Assembly (NCBI GenBank): GCA_031416075.1
Contig: JANOSY010000046.1
Location: 1-57,462 of the forward strand
Reading direction: 5' to 3'
Length of the DNA stretch: 57,462 nucleotides
Source: Candidatus Tenderia sp.
GTDB taxonomy: Bacteria; Pseudomonadota; Gammaproteobacteria; Tenderiales; Tenderiaceae
The notes beneath the pieces are model-generated. The model was not told the DNA's origin. It saw nothing but the letters and a program-made list of their open reading frames with translations, and did no database searches. The stretch's first letter is position 1. The number at the start of each line of letters is the position of its first letter. Below, piece by piece: positions 1 through 9,280 of this stretch. The translations under genes were made by a program, and so were the position numbers.

Positions 1-141
1 AGTCCGTCCAGATGGCATGAAATGCCTGAGAGTGGACGAAAACCTTGGGAATTTTTCGCTAAATATCGTTATTTTTGGCTGTTTTTAGAAAAATCACCGG
101 CATGTGGAGGTTGCGGAGTTTGATTTTCAACGGCCTGCTAA
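1..141. mobile_element. Possible right end of an IS5/IS1182-like insertion sequence (mostly outside the window)
   Basis: Ends in GATTTTCAACGGCCTGCTAA, resembling the ...TTTTCAACAGCCTGCTA terminal inverted repeats I recall for these IS families. No transposase is visible in the window. Confidence 0.3.
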
Positions 142-229
142 AAGCCACGTTGGTCAATACGGTGTAAAAGCCTTTACCATCACAACTCATCACCCAACAC
201 AATATTTTCCACTTACCCTAAAACCCGGC

Positions 230-275
230 TTGACTAGAACACCAATGCGCATCTATTATTCGAAATATGTCGAAT
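230..275 (+). promoter_or_regulatory. Sigma-70 promoter and ArsR operator of arsR-arsM
   Basis: TTGACT (230-235), 18-bp spacer, TATTAT (254-259). Inverted repeat ATTCGA-N6-TCGAAT (258-275) overlaps the ATG at 267. Confidence 0.6.
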
Positions 276-635
276 TATGAAACCAACAACCTCTCCGCCA
301 TGTTCAAAGCACTGAGCAACCCACACCGGCTGGCCCTGTTTCACCGGCTGATGAGTTGCTGTGCCCCTGGCACACGCTGCGGATTGGAGGAGACATCACG
401 GGTCTGTGTGGGGGCGCTGGGGGATGGACTGGAGATTGCCCCATCCACCCTCTCCCACCATCTGAAGGAGTTGCACCGTGCCGGGCTGATCCAGATGGAG
501 CGGCGTGGCAAGTTTGTGGAGTGCTGGCTGGAGCCAAGTGTATTGGCTGAGTTGAGCGCCTTTTTTAAATCTGACAGTAATTTAAGGAGTAATGACCATG
601 AGCAGCTGCTGCCCACCCAAAACAGACAAGATTGA
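267..635 (+). CDS. arsR: ArsR/SmtB family metalloregulatory repressor
   Basis: FKALSNPHRL...APSTLSHHLKEL.AGLI..ERRGK wHTH signature, Cys cluster (SCCAPGTRC...VC), directly upstream of arsM. Confidence 0.9.
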   Translation: MSNYETNNLSAMFKALSNPHRLALFHRLMSCCAPGTRCGLEETSRVCVGALGDGLEIAPSTLSHHLKELHRAGLIQMERRGKFVECWLEPSVLAELSAFFKSDSNLRSNDHEQLLPTQNRQD

Positions 636-1461
636 CCCAAGCCAACACGACAGCCATCGCCAAGGCGTGCGTGGTGCCTACGCCAAGGTCGCCAACGCCA
701 GCAATAACAGTGAGAGCACCGGAATCGAGGGCAGCTGTTGTGGGGTATCTGACGATAGTGCCATCAATACCCTGATCTCCACCCGCCTCGGCTATAGCCA
801 TGAAGATCTGGCTAAGGCACCCAGTGGTGCTGACATGGGGCTGGGATGTGGTAATCCACGTGCCATAGCCTCATTACGGACAGGTGAAGTGGTGGTTGAT
901 TTAGGCTCCGGCGGCGGCTTTGACTGCTTTCTCGCCGCCCATGAGGTAGGTGAAACCGGACATATCATCGGGATTGATATGACCCCAGACATGGTAAGCA
1001 AGGCGCGCAATAATGCCGCCAAGGGCAGTTTTAGTAACGTTGAGTTTCGTCTGGGCGAGATTGAACATCTGCCACTTGCCGATAACAGCGTTGATGTCAT
1101 TATCTCCAACTGTGTGATCAACCTCTCCCCTAACAAGGAGCAGGTATTTAAGGAGGCGTTCCGGGTACTCAAAAAAGGGGCGCGACTTGCCATTGCCGAT
1201 GTGGTGGCTACGGTTGAACTGCCAGAAGCTATGCGTAATGACCCAGCCCTGATTGCGGGCTGTATGGGCAACGCCTCGTTAATCACTGATCTGGAGGCGA
1301 TGATCAAGGCCGCCGGTTTCAGCCATGTACGTATCGAACCCAAGGATGAGTCGAAGGATTTCATTCGTGATTGGGCACCAGACCATAATGTGACTGACTA
1401 TGTGGTCTCAGCCACTATTGAAGCGTTTAAACCCAGCACCCCCAGCAGCGGCTGCTGTTAA
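592..1461 (+). CDS. arsM: Arsenite S-adenosylmethionine methyltransferase
   Basis: GLGCGNP, VDLGSGGGFDC, IISNCVINLSPNK motifs, N-terminal CC pairs and C-terminal GCC. RBS AGGAG at 585-589. Confidence 0.92.
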   Translation: MTMSSCCPPKTDKIDPSQHDSHRQGVRGAYAKVANASNNSESTGIEGSCCGVSDDSAINTLISTRLGYSHEDLAKAPSGADMGLGCGNPRAIASLRTGEVVVDLGSGGGFDCFLAAHEVGETGHIIGIDMTPDMVSKARNNAAKGSFSNVEFRLGEIEHLPLADNSVDVIISNCVINLSPNKEQVFKEAFRVLKKGARLAIADVVATVELPEAMRNDPALIAGCMGNASLITDLEAMIKAAGFSHVRIEPKDESKDFIRDWAPDHNVTDYVVSATIEAFKPSTPSSGCC

Positions 1462-1467
1462 CAAAAC

Positions 1468-1504
1468 CTCTGTTCGTGGTGAGTGTATCTAGCCACGAAC
1501 AGGG
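1468..1504. repeat. Palindromic REP-like element / bidirectional terminator
   Basis: CTGTTCGTGG-N13-CCACGAACAG hairpin between convergent genes, similar to CGTTC-type REP units. Confidence 0.5.
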
Positions 1505-1544
1505 GTACACTGCTTGCGAATACCCATATATATAGTATCCGCAG

Positions 1545-2507
1545 TCATTCCCCTCTCCACTCACCCACTCGCTGCAAAAAGGGCGAATACTCCACAGCCC
1601 CTTGCCAGCGTAACGGGGCTACGGCTGTTACATATTTTATCTGGTTGATTTTGAACATCACCAGCCGCTCTGCACCCGCAAAACTATCAACCATCATCCC
1701 CCGCTCGATAATCGTCACCTCCGTTGCAAGATAGAGCAGATCGCCCGTTTCAAAATCGATAAACAGCAGCCCGGCATAGGGATTTAACACTAGGTTTCCC
1801 AGGGTATTAAAAAAGTGGTTGCCACTAAAGTCGGGGACAAACAGACGCCCCTCCTCTATCCGTACAAACCCTGGTTTGCCACCCCGGTGTGATACATCCA
1901 CACCTTGGGCTGCCGTCCCCTGTTGGTGGGCATGGGGGTGGGCGGAGGCGATAAAAAAGGTGTCTGCACGGCTGATCATCTGCGCCATCCTGGCGTTCAG
2001 CACACTCGTATCAGTACACGCAATCACCTCAGTGCGCGGCCAATACTCCGCCTGCCGTGCCTGAATATATTTAGGGCAGTTACCAAAACTCTGATCTACC
2101 GCCACCTCAATACCACTGCTGCTGACCGTTATTACCCGTCCATTCATACGGTTGCGCCGCCGTGTATGTTGCTCAATACCCAGTACGGCAATGGCGGCCC
2201 CAGCCACCAGAGTCTGTCCCAACGGGTCCAGTGCCGTGGGCAGTGCGGCTATGGATAGCCGGTGTGGTGTGGGGGCCGTAATGAAGCCCGGCGGATTGCA
2301 GAGCAGTGACGCCCACGGCTGCCCCGTACGGTCCACCCCACCCACCACCACAAACGGGAGCTGGGCAAAAAAGCGCCGGTGCTGCGCTTGCATATGGTCA
2401 CGGATCAGCTGGCTGCCCAGCGCTGCCAGCCGTACCTCTGCGGCAACGGAGGTCTGCATCTGCTGCTCACCTTCGTGAAATACCGCCTCGCTACCCGCGC
2501 TGCCCAT
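1545..2507 (-). CDS. Pyridoxamine 5'-phosphate oxidase-related FMN-binding protein
   Basis: FHEGE, RRRNRMNG, FGNCPKYIQ, DVSHRGGKPGFV, PDFSGN..FNTLGNL motifs. Co-transcribed with the GST. Confidence 0.85.
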   Translation of the reverse strand: MGSAGSEAVFHEGEQQMQTSVAAEVRLAALGSQLIRDHMQAQHRRFFAQLPFVVVGGVDRTGQPWASLLCNPPGFITAPTPHRLSIAALPTALDPLGQTLVAGAAIAVLGIEQHTRRRNRMNGRVITVSSSGIEVAVDQSFGNCPKYIQARQAEYWPRTEVIACTDTSVLNARMAQMISRADTFFIASAHPHAHQQGTAAQGVDVSHRGGKPGFVRIEEGRLFVPDFSGNHFFNTLGNLVLNPYAGLLFIDFETGDLLYLATEVTIIERGMMVDSFAGAERLVMFKINQIKYVTAVAPLRWQGAVEYSPFLQRVGEWRGE

Positions 2508-2508
2508 A

Positions 2509-3138
2509 TCAACCCACTTTTGATTGTTTCATCGCCACAAAACCGGGCAACGCCTCTATACCCTGCAACCAGCGTTGAATATTCGGGTAACCCTCCAGCG
2601 AAATGTTGCCCTCCGGGGCGTGGGCGGTATAGCTATAGAGGGCGATGTCGGCAATGGTTGGCGTACTGCCCGTCAGGTATGTACGCTCTTTCAGTTCACT
2701 CTCCATAATGGTAAACAGGTCATGGGCACTGACCACTGCCTCTTCTGTCGAGGCGGGGACTTTAAACAGCGTGATATAGCGCGCCCTGGCCGGACCATAA
2801 GCAAGCTCACCTGCCGCCACCGATAACCAACGCTGTACCGCCGCCGCTGCCGCCGGTGCCAGTGGCAACCAGACGCCGTCACCATATTTGGCAGCTAAAT
2901 AGACCAGAATGGCGTTGGAGTCCGACACCACGGTCTCGCCATCCTCAATCACGGGCACCTGACCAAAGGGGTTCATGGCAAGAAACGCTGGCTTTTTGTG
3001 GGCACCATTAGCCAAGTCCACATCCACTAACAGATAGTTCAATTTAAGCAGGGATAACATCAGCTCCACACGGTGGCTGTGGCCTGAAAGGCTAAACCGG
3101 TGTAGCCGAATAGGTTGGCCGGGCTGGTGGGTAGTCAT
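2509..3138 (-). CDS. Glutathione S-transferase family protein
   Basis: SGHSHRV, NPFGQVPV, DSNAILVYLA, TIADIA motifs. Confidence 0.92.
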   Translation of the reverse strand: MTTHQPGQPIRLHRFSLSGHSHRVELMLSLLKLNYLLVDVDLANGAHKKPAFLAMNPFGQVPVIEDGETVVSDSNAILVYLAAKYGDGVWLPLAPAAAAAVQRWLSVAAGELAYGPARARYITLFKVPASTEEAVVSAHDLFTIMESELKERTYLTGSTPTIADIALYSYTAHAPEGNISLEGYPNIQRWLQGIEALPGFVAMKQSKVG

Positions 3139-3256
3139 GACGATGGTGCTCCTTTAAGATAGTGGTTGGGTAGTGGCCCCCATTATTGGCAGTTCTCCAT
3201 AAACAATAAATGCCCTAATATGAACAACACTCTTCCGTTTTATGGAGCAATTGTAG

Positions 3257-4144
3257 ATGGATAGACTCAAGGCGATGCAGGCGGTGGTACACATTGCCGA
3301 CCAAGGCAGCCTGACCGCAGCAGCAGCCACCATGAACACCTCGTTACCCTCCATGGTCCGCACCCTGGCAGCACTGGAGTCACACCTGGGGGTGCGGCTC
3401 TTCAACCGCACCACCCGCAGCATCTCACTGACGGATGAGGGGCGCAGTTACATCGAAAACTGTCGTTCACTGCTCGCCACACTCCAGGAGGTTGAAGCTG
3501 GCTTGAGTAGTGATGCGGTGGAGCCGAGCGGACTGCTGACACTCACCGCCCCGGTTCAATTTGGCCAGATGTACATTGCGCCTGCTGTCACTGGTTTTGT
3601 ACAGCGCTACAACAAGGTGCGCATCAATCTGGTTTTGCTGGATCGTGTAGTCAACTTAGTAGAAGAGAATATTGATGTTGGCATTCGTATCGGCGCGCTG
3701 GAGGACTCTTCACTGATTGCCCAACCCCTGGGCAGTGTCTGCCGCATGGTGGTTGCCAGCCCCGATTATCTGGCCCGCCACGGTGAGCCGCAACACCCTA
3801 AAGAGCTGCTTCAGGCCAACTGTATCCGTTTTTCCGGAGGCACCGGGCCGTGGTGGACCTTCCATGAAAACGGCAAACCGTTCAACGTACCGGTGATCGG
3901 CAATCTTGAATTCAATCAAGTGGCACCAACGGTTGACGCCTGTCTGGCCGGACTGGGATTTGGCATGTTCATCTCCTACCAGGTAGAGCAACAGATCAAA
4001 CAGAATCGGCTACAGGTGGTGCTCGAATCGTTTCAGCTACCGCCCCGGCCGATCAATCTGATCTACCCCTCTGGACGGCTACTGCCCGCCAGAACCAAAC
4101 TATTTATTAAATGGATAAAAAATGAGATAAGCGCACGACTGTAG
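3257..4144 (+). CDS. LysR family transcriptional regulator (CrgA-like)
   Basis: N-terminal HTH with LE.HLGVRLFNRTTRSISLT, substrate domain DRVVNLVEENIDVGIRIG. Divergent from the GST. Confidence 0.93.
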   Translation: MDRLKAMQAVVHIADQGSLTAAAATMNTSLPSMVRTLAALESHLGVRLFNRTTRSISLTDEGRSYIENCRSLLATLQEVEAGLSSDAVEPSGLLTLTAPVQFGQMYIAPAVTGFVQRYNKVRINLVLLDRVVNLVEENIDVGIRIGALEDSSLIAQPLGSVCRMVVASPDYLARHGEPQHPKELLQANCIRFSGGTGPWWTFHENGKPFNVPVIGNLEFNQVAPTVDACLAGLGFGMFISYQVEQQIKQNRLQVVLESFQLPPRPINLIYPSGRLLPARTKLFIKWIKNEISARL

Positions 4145-4155
4145 TGGCATAGTTA

Positions 4156-4203
4156 ATTTGACCTGTCAGTTACTTCATAAAACCGGTAACTGTCAGATCA
4201 AAT
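4156..4203. terminator. Imperfect inverted repeat between convergent genes
   Basis: ATTTGACCTGTCAGTTAC ... GTAACTGTCAGATCAAAT, 18-bp arms with 2 mismatches. Confidence 0.5.
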
Positions 4204-4233
4204 CGCGACGATTACAGCTCTGGGCTAACCGCG

Positions 4234-5817
4234 TCAGCCGTTGATACTAAGTTTGTTCAAGCGGTAGTGCAGCTGGCGACTGGTCATGCCTAACACCCGC
4301 GCAGCAGCAGTTTTATTGCCGCGAGATTGATGCAGCGCATAGATAATGGCATCACGTTCATCAGACCGCACCTTGGTATAGGGGCGCATGGTGAAATCAA
4401 CATTCGCGGGCAACTCCACCTCAGTGGTGGGTTTAGCGGGGATAGTTTCATCGATCTCAATCCCAGACTCATCCGTCAGGGTGGCACTGATCATATCGTT
4501 GCTAACCACTTCGGCATCACTCATCACCACCAGCCGTTCAATTACGTTTTCCAGCTGCCGTACATTGCCTGGCCATTCGTACTGTTTCAACTGTTCTAGT
4601 GCGCGGTTGTTCAACACCACGTTACGTTTGTGCAGTTGATTGCAACGGTTAAGAAAATAGAGCGCCAGCAGTTCGATATCATCCTTGCGCTGGCGCAGCG
4701 GTGGCAACTGAATGCGGATGACGTTTAAACGGTAGAAGAGGTCAAGGCGAAAATTACCGCTGTTAACCCCCTCCTCCAGCCGTTTATTGGTGGCGGTGAT
4801 GATCCGTACATCAACACTGATCTCGCGGCTGCCACCAACCCTCTGCAAGGTCTTCTCCTGCAAAACACGCAACAGTTTTGCTTGCAGATCAAATGGCATG
4901 TCGCCGATCTCATCAAGAAACAGTGTGCCGCCCGTGGCCATCTCAAACTTACCTGCACGGCTGGCCGTTGCGCCAGTAAAGGCACCCTTCTCATGACCAA
5001 ACAGTTCGCTCTCCAGCAGGTTGGCGGGGATGGCGGCACTGTTAATACAGACAAACGGTTTGTCGCGGCGGTTGCTGGCGAGGTGGATCATCCGGGCAAA
5101 ACGCTCTTTGCCGGTGCCCGACTCGCCGACCAGCATGACGGTTACTTCCGATACGGCGGCCTTGCGCGCCTGCTCGATAGACTGACGTAACGTGGCGCTT
5201 TTACCAATAATGCCGTGTACCGCCGTTGTCTCCTGCTGGCGATCTTTCAGCGCCCTATTCTCCTGCTTCAGGCGGCGGGTCTTCTGATCGACCAGGTCAC
5301 GGATATGCAGCGCCTGTCCCACCAGGGTGGCCATGATCTGTACAATAAAAAGATCGCTGTCAAAATGACACTGCAACTCTTCCATCCGATGGACCGCCAT
5401 CACCCCCACCGGCACATCGTCACGCATAATGGGCACCGCCATATAAGCGACCGTCATGTCCTTTATAGGGCTAGCAGTAAACACCCGTGCCACATAGGTA
5501 GGCTCTTTGCTGATGTCGGGGATCAGGGCGATCTCGCCCGTCGACATTACCCGTCCTGTTACCCCCTCCCCCAGTGCATACAGTCCACGCCCTATCTCAT
5601 CCTCACTCAGACCATGGCTGTGGGCAATACGCAGCACACCATCGCTCAAATCGGGCAGAACAACCCGACCCTTTGTTAAACCAAGCCTGGTTGATAGTAG
5701 TGCCAGGATTCCTTCAATGGACTCACTCGGATTGAGTGTCCGCCCAATCAATCTTGAGGCATCCAAAATCACCTCAGCAATCTGAGGTGATAAGGTTGGA
5801 CAGTGTGTCGGTATCAT
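4234..5817 (-). CDS. Sigma-54-dependent transcriptional activator, GAF-AAA+-HTH (NifA-like architecture)
   Basis: N-terminal GAF ([10 protein letters not shown]), Walker [42 protein letters not shown]-terminal Fis HTH ([20 protein letters not shown]). Confidence 0.9.
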   Translation of the reverse strand: MIPTHCPTLSPQIAEVILDASRLIGRTLNPSESIEGILALLSTRLGLTKGRVVLPDLSDGVLRIAHSHGLSEDEIGRGLYALGEGVTGRVMSTGEIALIPDISKEPTYVARVFTASPIKDMTVAYMAVPIMRDDVPVGVMAVHRMEELQCHFDSDLFIVQIMATLVGQALHIRDLVDQKTRRLKQENRALKDRQQETTAVHGIIGKSATLRQSIEQARKAAVSEVTVMLVGESGTGKERFARMIHLASNRRDKPFVCINSAAIPANLLESELFGHEKGAFTGATASRAGKFEMATGGTLFLDEIGDMPFDLQAKLLRVLQEKTLQRVGGSREISVDVRIITATNKRLEEGVNSGNFRLDLFYRLNVIRIQLPPLRQRKDDIELLALYFLNRCNQLHKRNVVLNNRALEQLKQYEWPGNVRQLENVIERLVVMSDAEVVSNDMISATLTDESGIEIDETIPAKPTTEVELPANVDFTMRPYTKVRSDERDAIIYALHQSRGNKTAAARVLGMTSRQLHYRLNKLSING

Positions 5818-5953
5818 AGCGCTGCTCCCAAAGAGGTTGCCAAATCCACATCAACCACAGTGAACTGCGTAGGACAATAGTAGCGCAGACGTTTTACGGT
5901 TTAATGACAAACAACCATCTATCTCTGCATATCACCCCTACACAACAGCTCCA

Positions 5954-5969
5954 TGCATAGAAGGTTCCA
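5954..5969 (-). promoter_or_regulatory. Putative sigma-54 -24/-12 promoter of the NifA-like gene
   Basis: Minus strand reads TGGAACCTTCTATGCA (GG-N10-GC), about 140 bp upstream of the start codon. Confidence 0.5.
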
Positions 5970-6053
5970 CCCTTTCACGAAGGGCAATCTCCTTGATATT
6001 TAAATCAAAATCAAGCATTACAGTTGATTTAACAGTACATTGGTGGGATAACT

Positions 6054-6082
6054 TTGGTGCAACAGCACTGTTAATGCACCAA
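6054..6082. promoter_or_regulatory. Inverted repeat containing NtrC-like half sites
   Basis: TTGGTGCA...TGCACCAA about 90-110 bp upstream of the 5954-5969 sigma-54 motif. Half-site orientation is inverted relative to the canonical NtrC palindrome. Confidence 0.3.
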
Positions 6083-6112
6083 GGTAGCCGACAACAAAGG
6101 GGGATTTACGAA

Positions 6113-6152
6113 ATCCCCGGAAGGCTTTAACAACAGCAGAGCCTCCGGGGAT
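6113..6152 (-). terminator. GC-rich hairpin downstream of the small membrane protein gene
   Basis: ATCCCCGGAAGGCT...AGCCTCCGGGGAT. An overlapping hairpin GGGGATTT-ACG-AAATCCCC lies at about 6100-6118. Confidence 0.5.
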
Positions 6153-6168
6153 GGGTCGGGCAACAACG

Positions 6169-6408
6169 TTAGCGATGTGCATGCAGTGCCATCCGTGTTC
6201 TGGCTGGCATATGCAGTTTCAGCTGATCAAGCAGAGAGTAGACAGGGTCCCAGGCGATGGTGGCAGTGATCAGCGGGTAGATTGCCAACAGCGCTAGCCA
6301 GGGGGCCGCAATAGCCGGGGTAAAGGCGGCGGCCACAAGCAGACTGCCAACAGCAACACGGAGAGTGCGTGCCAGTGGTTTTAGATTGTCAGATGGTGAG
6401 CTAAACAT
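6169..6408 (-). CDS. Small membrane protein, DUF2892/YgaP-like
   Basis: Two hydrophobic segments with N...R.LR..VG and W-D-P-V-Y-S-L-L (family-like xCP/DPxY). RBS GAGGA upstream. Preceded by a sigma-54 promoter. Confidence 0.7.
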   Translation of the reverse strand: MFSSPSDNLKPLARTLRVAVGSLLVAAAFTPAIAAPWLALLAIYPLITATIAWDPVYSLLDQLKLHMPARTRMALHAHR

Positions 6409-6470
6409 GATTTAATCCTCATCTATTCGGTTAAGGGAAGCAGAGTTTTTCACATCCGCACCCTAACCAA

Positions 6471-6606
6471 TGCAGAGGCCGTGCCATCATCTACAACATG
6501 GCTTTTAACCGTTTAAAATCAATTGATTACCAAAAAAACAGTGGCAGTCACAGTCATGCAGTGACAATGTCAAAACAATAACAATGTCGACAATGTCCAC
6601 ATTGTC
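6471..6606 (-). promoter_or_regulatory. Complete sigma-54 promoter: -24/-12, IHF site and upstream activator sequences
   Basis: TGGCACGGCCTCTGCA on the minus strand (6486-6471). IHF consensus match AATCAATTGATTA (6517-6529). TGT-N10-ACA (6568-6583) and TGT-N11-ACA (6585-6601) lie within ACAATGTC repeats. Confidence 0.75.
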
Positions 6607-6731
6607 AGCACCAATTCTAGTAATTTTGAATAGATCAATAAAAAACTGGGCCACCCGCTAACACCATTAGATGATATATATCTCCCCCCACCCTATTATG
6701 GACAACCACTAACCCGCGGTGAATATGGATT

Positions 6732-8516
6732 GTGAATAAGATAAACAGACCTCAGGCCCGTAAAGTCGAGCTAGGTGAACTGGCCGAACAGCTGCTCACC
6801 GATGGATTGATTAATCAGGATCAACATGAAAACCTGAAACTGAAGGCCCGCTTTCGCGACGTTGGCCAGCTCCACCCCCTGCTGCTAATTGCCGACCAGG
6901 GGTTAAAATCGGCGCTGCCACCACACAAAGTACTGAATCAAGAGTTTCTGACCGAGTGGCTGGCGCAAAAGGCCGACATGCCCTACTACCGCGTCGATCC
7001 ATTAAAGATCGATGCCGCCGCCGTGACCACCGTGGTCTCCCACTCCTATGCTGAGCGCAACAAACTACTGCCCGTAGAGAACAGCACCAGCTACGTCGTC
7101 ATTGCCACCGCCGAACCTTACGACACCCAGTGGGTGGCGGAGCTGTCACGCATACTGAATAAAGATATCCGGGTCGTGGTGACCAACCCGGCAGAGATCA
7201 ACCGCTATCTGGTGGAGTTTTACAGCGTCTCCCGCTCGGTGCTTGGGGCCGCAGACCAGCGCGGCAGCGCGATGGGGGATATCTCCAACCTTGAACAGCT
7301 GCTGGAGCTGGGCAAAAAGGGCAGCCTCGATGCCAACGATCAACACGTCGTCAGCATCGTCGACTGGCTGCTGCAATACGCCTTTGAACAGCGCGCCAGC
7401 GACATTCACATCGAACCGCGCCGCGACAAGGGCAACATCCGTTTCCGTATCGACGGCATGTTACATCTGGTCTACCAGCTGCCCGCCACCATCCTCTCTG
7501 CCGTCATCAGCCGCCTGAAGATTTTGGGCCGTATGGATCTGGCAGAGAAACGTCGCCCCCTCGATGGCCGGTTAAAGACCCGCTCACCCAGCGGTGATGA
7601 GGTGGAGCTACGCCTCTCCACCCTACCCACCGCCTTTGGCGAAAAGATGGTGCTACGTATCTTCAACCCTGATGTACTGGTGAAAAACTTCGCCGCCCTC
7701 GGTTTTAACAAAACAGAAGAGAGCCAGTGGCAACAGATGATCCAGCAGCCCAACGGCATCATCCTGGTCACCGGCCCCACCGGTTCGGGCAAAACCACCA
7801 CCCTCTACTCCACCCTCAAACAGCTGGCCAAACCTGAACTGAACCTCTGCACCATTGAGGATCCCATAGAGATGGTGGTGCCGGAATTTAACCAGATGCA
7901 GGTGCAGCACAACATCGATCTCGACTTTGCCAGCGGTGTGCGGGCGCTGTTGCGGCAGGATCCGGACATCATCATGGTCGGCGAGATTCGTGACATGGAG
8001 ACGGCTGAGATGGCGATCCAGGCGGCACAGACCGGCCATCTGGTCATCTCCACCCTGCATACCAACGACGCCGTCTCCGCCATCACTCGTCTGCTCGACA
8101 TCGGCGTACCACGTTACATGATCAGCGCATCACTGCTGGGTGTGGTGGCGCAACGGCTGGTGCGCAACCTCTGCCCCCACTGCAAACAGCCGGTCACCAC
8201 CGATGCCGAACTCTGGAATAACCTAAGCCGCCCCTGGAAAGGGCCCATGCCTGAGCAAGTCATGGGGCCAGTCGGCTGCGCCGAGTGCCGCAACACCGGC
8301 TATGCAGGGCGTAGCGGTATCTACGAGATGTTACTGATGTCAGGCAAGATCAAACGACTGGTCCACACCAGCGATGGCGACGTTGCCGCCATCCGCCTGC
8401 AGGCGCAAAAAGAGGGGATGCGGCCATTGCGGATCAACGGCATTCAAAAAGTGGCCAACGGCACCACCTCACTAGCCGAGGTGGCGCGGGTCTCACCCCT
8501 GAGTGATGATGAGTAG
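6732..8516 (+). CDS. GspE/PulE/PilB family secretion ATPase
   Basis: ASDIHIEP, GPTGSGKTT, TIEDPIE, LRQDPDIIMVGEIRD, TGHLVISTLHTN, CxxC...CxxC Zn motif. GTG start. Confidence 0.92.
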   Translation: MNKINRPQARKVELGELAEQLLTDGLINQDQHENLKLKARFRDVGQLHPLLLIADQGLKSALPPHKVLNQEFLTEWLAQKADMPYYRVDPLKIDAAAVTTVVSHSYAERNKLLPVENSTSYVVIATAEPYDTQWVAELSRILNKDIRVVVTNPAEINRYLVEFYSVSRSVLGAADQRGSAMGDISNLEQLLELGKKGSLDANDQHVVSIVDWLLQYAFEQRASDIHIEPRRDKGNIRFRIDGMLHLVYQLPATILSAVISRLKILGRMDLAEKRRPLDGRLKTRSPSGDEVELRLSTLPTAFGEKMVLRIFNPDVLVKNFAALGFNKTEESQWQQMIQQPNGIILVTGPTGSGKTTTLYSTLKQLAKPELNLCTIEDPIEMVVPEFNQMQVQHNIDLDFASGVRALLRQDPDIIMVGEIRDMETAEMAIQAAQTGHLVISTLHTNDAVSAITRLLDIGVPRYMISASLLGVVAQRLVRNLCPHCKQPVTTDAELWNNLSRPWKGPMPEQVMGPVGCAECRNTGYAGRSGIYEMLLMSGKIKRLVHTSDGDVAAIRLQAQKEGMRPLRINGIQKVANGTTSLAEVARVSPLSDDE

Positions 8517-8524
8517 CCTGAGCG

Positions 8525-9181
8525 CTATTTGTCACTACCGGAAGGTGTGAGTTGTGGTGGCGACTTTTCAGCAGCGGGCACCACAGCGCCCCCTTTAAAT
8601 AGCGCAACCACTTTGGCAAACAGCAGTTTAATACCACGCCAAAGTTTGGGTAACAGCCAGACCATTACCGCCACCATCACCACCAGCGCCAGCAGGAACA
8701 ACACGGGGTAGTGCAGCGCTGTCCACAATCCCAACACCACGGCAACATCTTCAGTGATGGAGGCGATCCAGTTGCTGACCGGCTCTGGCGAGGCGTTGAT
8801 CAAGACCCGGCTACCGGCCTTGGTGGCGTGGCTGGCGGATGAGAGCGTACCGCCAATCAACAGCGCCGCCAGCTCCGCCCCCTGCCCCAGATCACCCACA
8901 GCGCCCGCCGCCAGCAGCGCCCCGGCGGGGATGCGAATAAAGGTGTGCAGCGTATCCCAGAGCGTATCAACCCCAGGAATCTTATCGGCAAAAAACTCCA
9001 CACAATACATCACCGCTGCTGCCGTCATCACCAGCGGATCAGTACAGATCTGCAACCCCTCCGGCAGCGCGATGCTGCCACTACTGCCCAGCCAGCCAAC
9101 TACAAAAATGGCGGCGTAGAGGTTGATACCACTGGCCCAGGCAACCCCCATGCTGAGGGCGATAATCTCAACAACACCCAT
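8525..9181 (-). CDS. DUF4126 family membrane protein
   Basis: WASGINLY, EFFADKIPGVD..WD.LHTFIR, SPEPVSN.IAS..ED motifs. Confidence 0.85.
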   Translation of the reverse strand: MGVVEIIALSMGVAWASGINLYAAIFVVGWLGSSGSIALPEGLQICTDPLVMTAAAVMYCVEFFADKIPGVDTLWDTLHTFIRIPAGALLAAGAVGDLGQGAELAALLIGGTLSSASHATKAGSRVLINASPEPVSNWIASITEDVAVVLGLWTALHYPVLFLLALVVMVAVMVWLLPKLWRGIKLLFAKVVALFKGGAVVPAAEKSPPQLTPSGSDK

Positions 9182-9280
9182 TAACGATACCTCGGTTAAG
9201 ATGAGGAGCAGCGGATCAGGGTAGCACCCTGACCATTACCACAATGTAAAAGAGTGTTTGTCATCTCCGCCATTCCAACA

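Noticed and set aside
4234-5817. Calling this gene nifA / evidence of nitrogen fixation
   Set aside because: The architecture fits, but no nifL or structural nif genes are in the window and orthology cannot be shown by eye.
6560-6606. CRISPR-like or iteron repeats
   Set aside because: Units are only 8-9 bp without spacers and are better explained as enhancer sites of the sigma-54 promoter.
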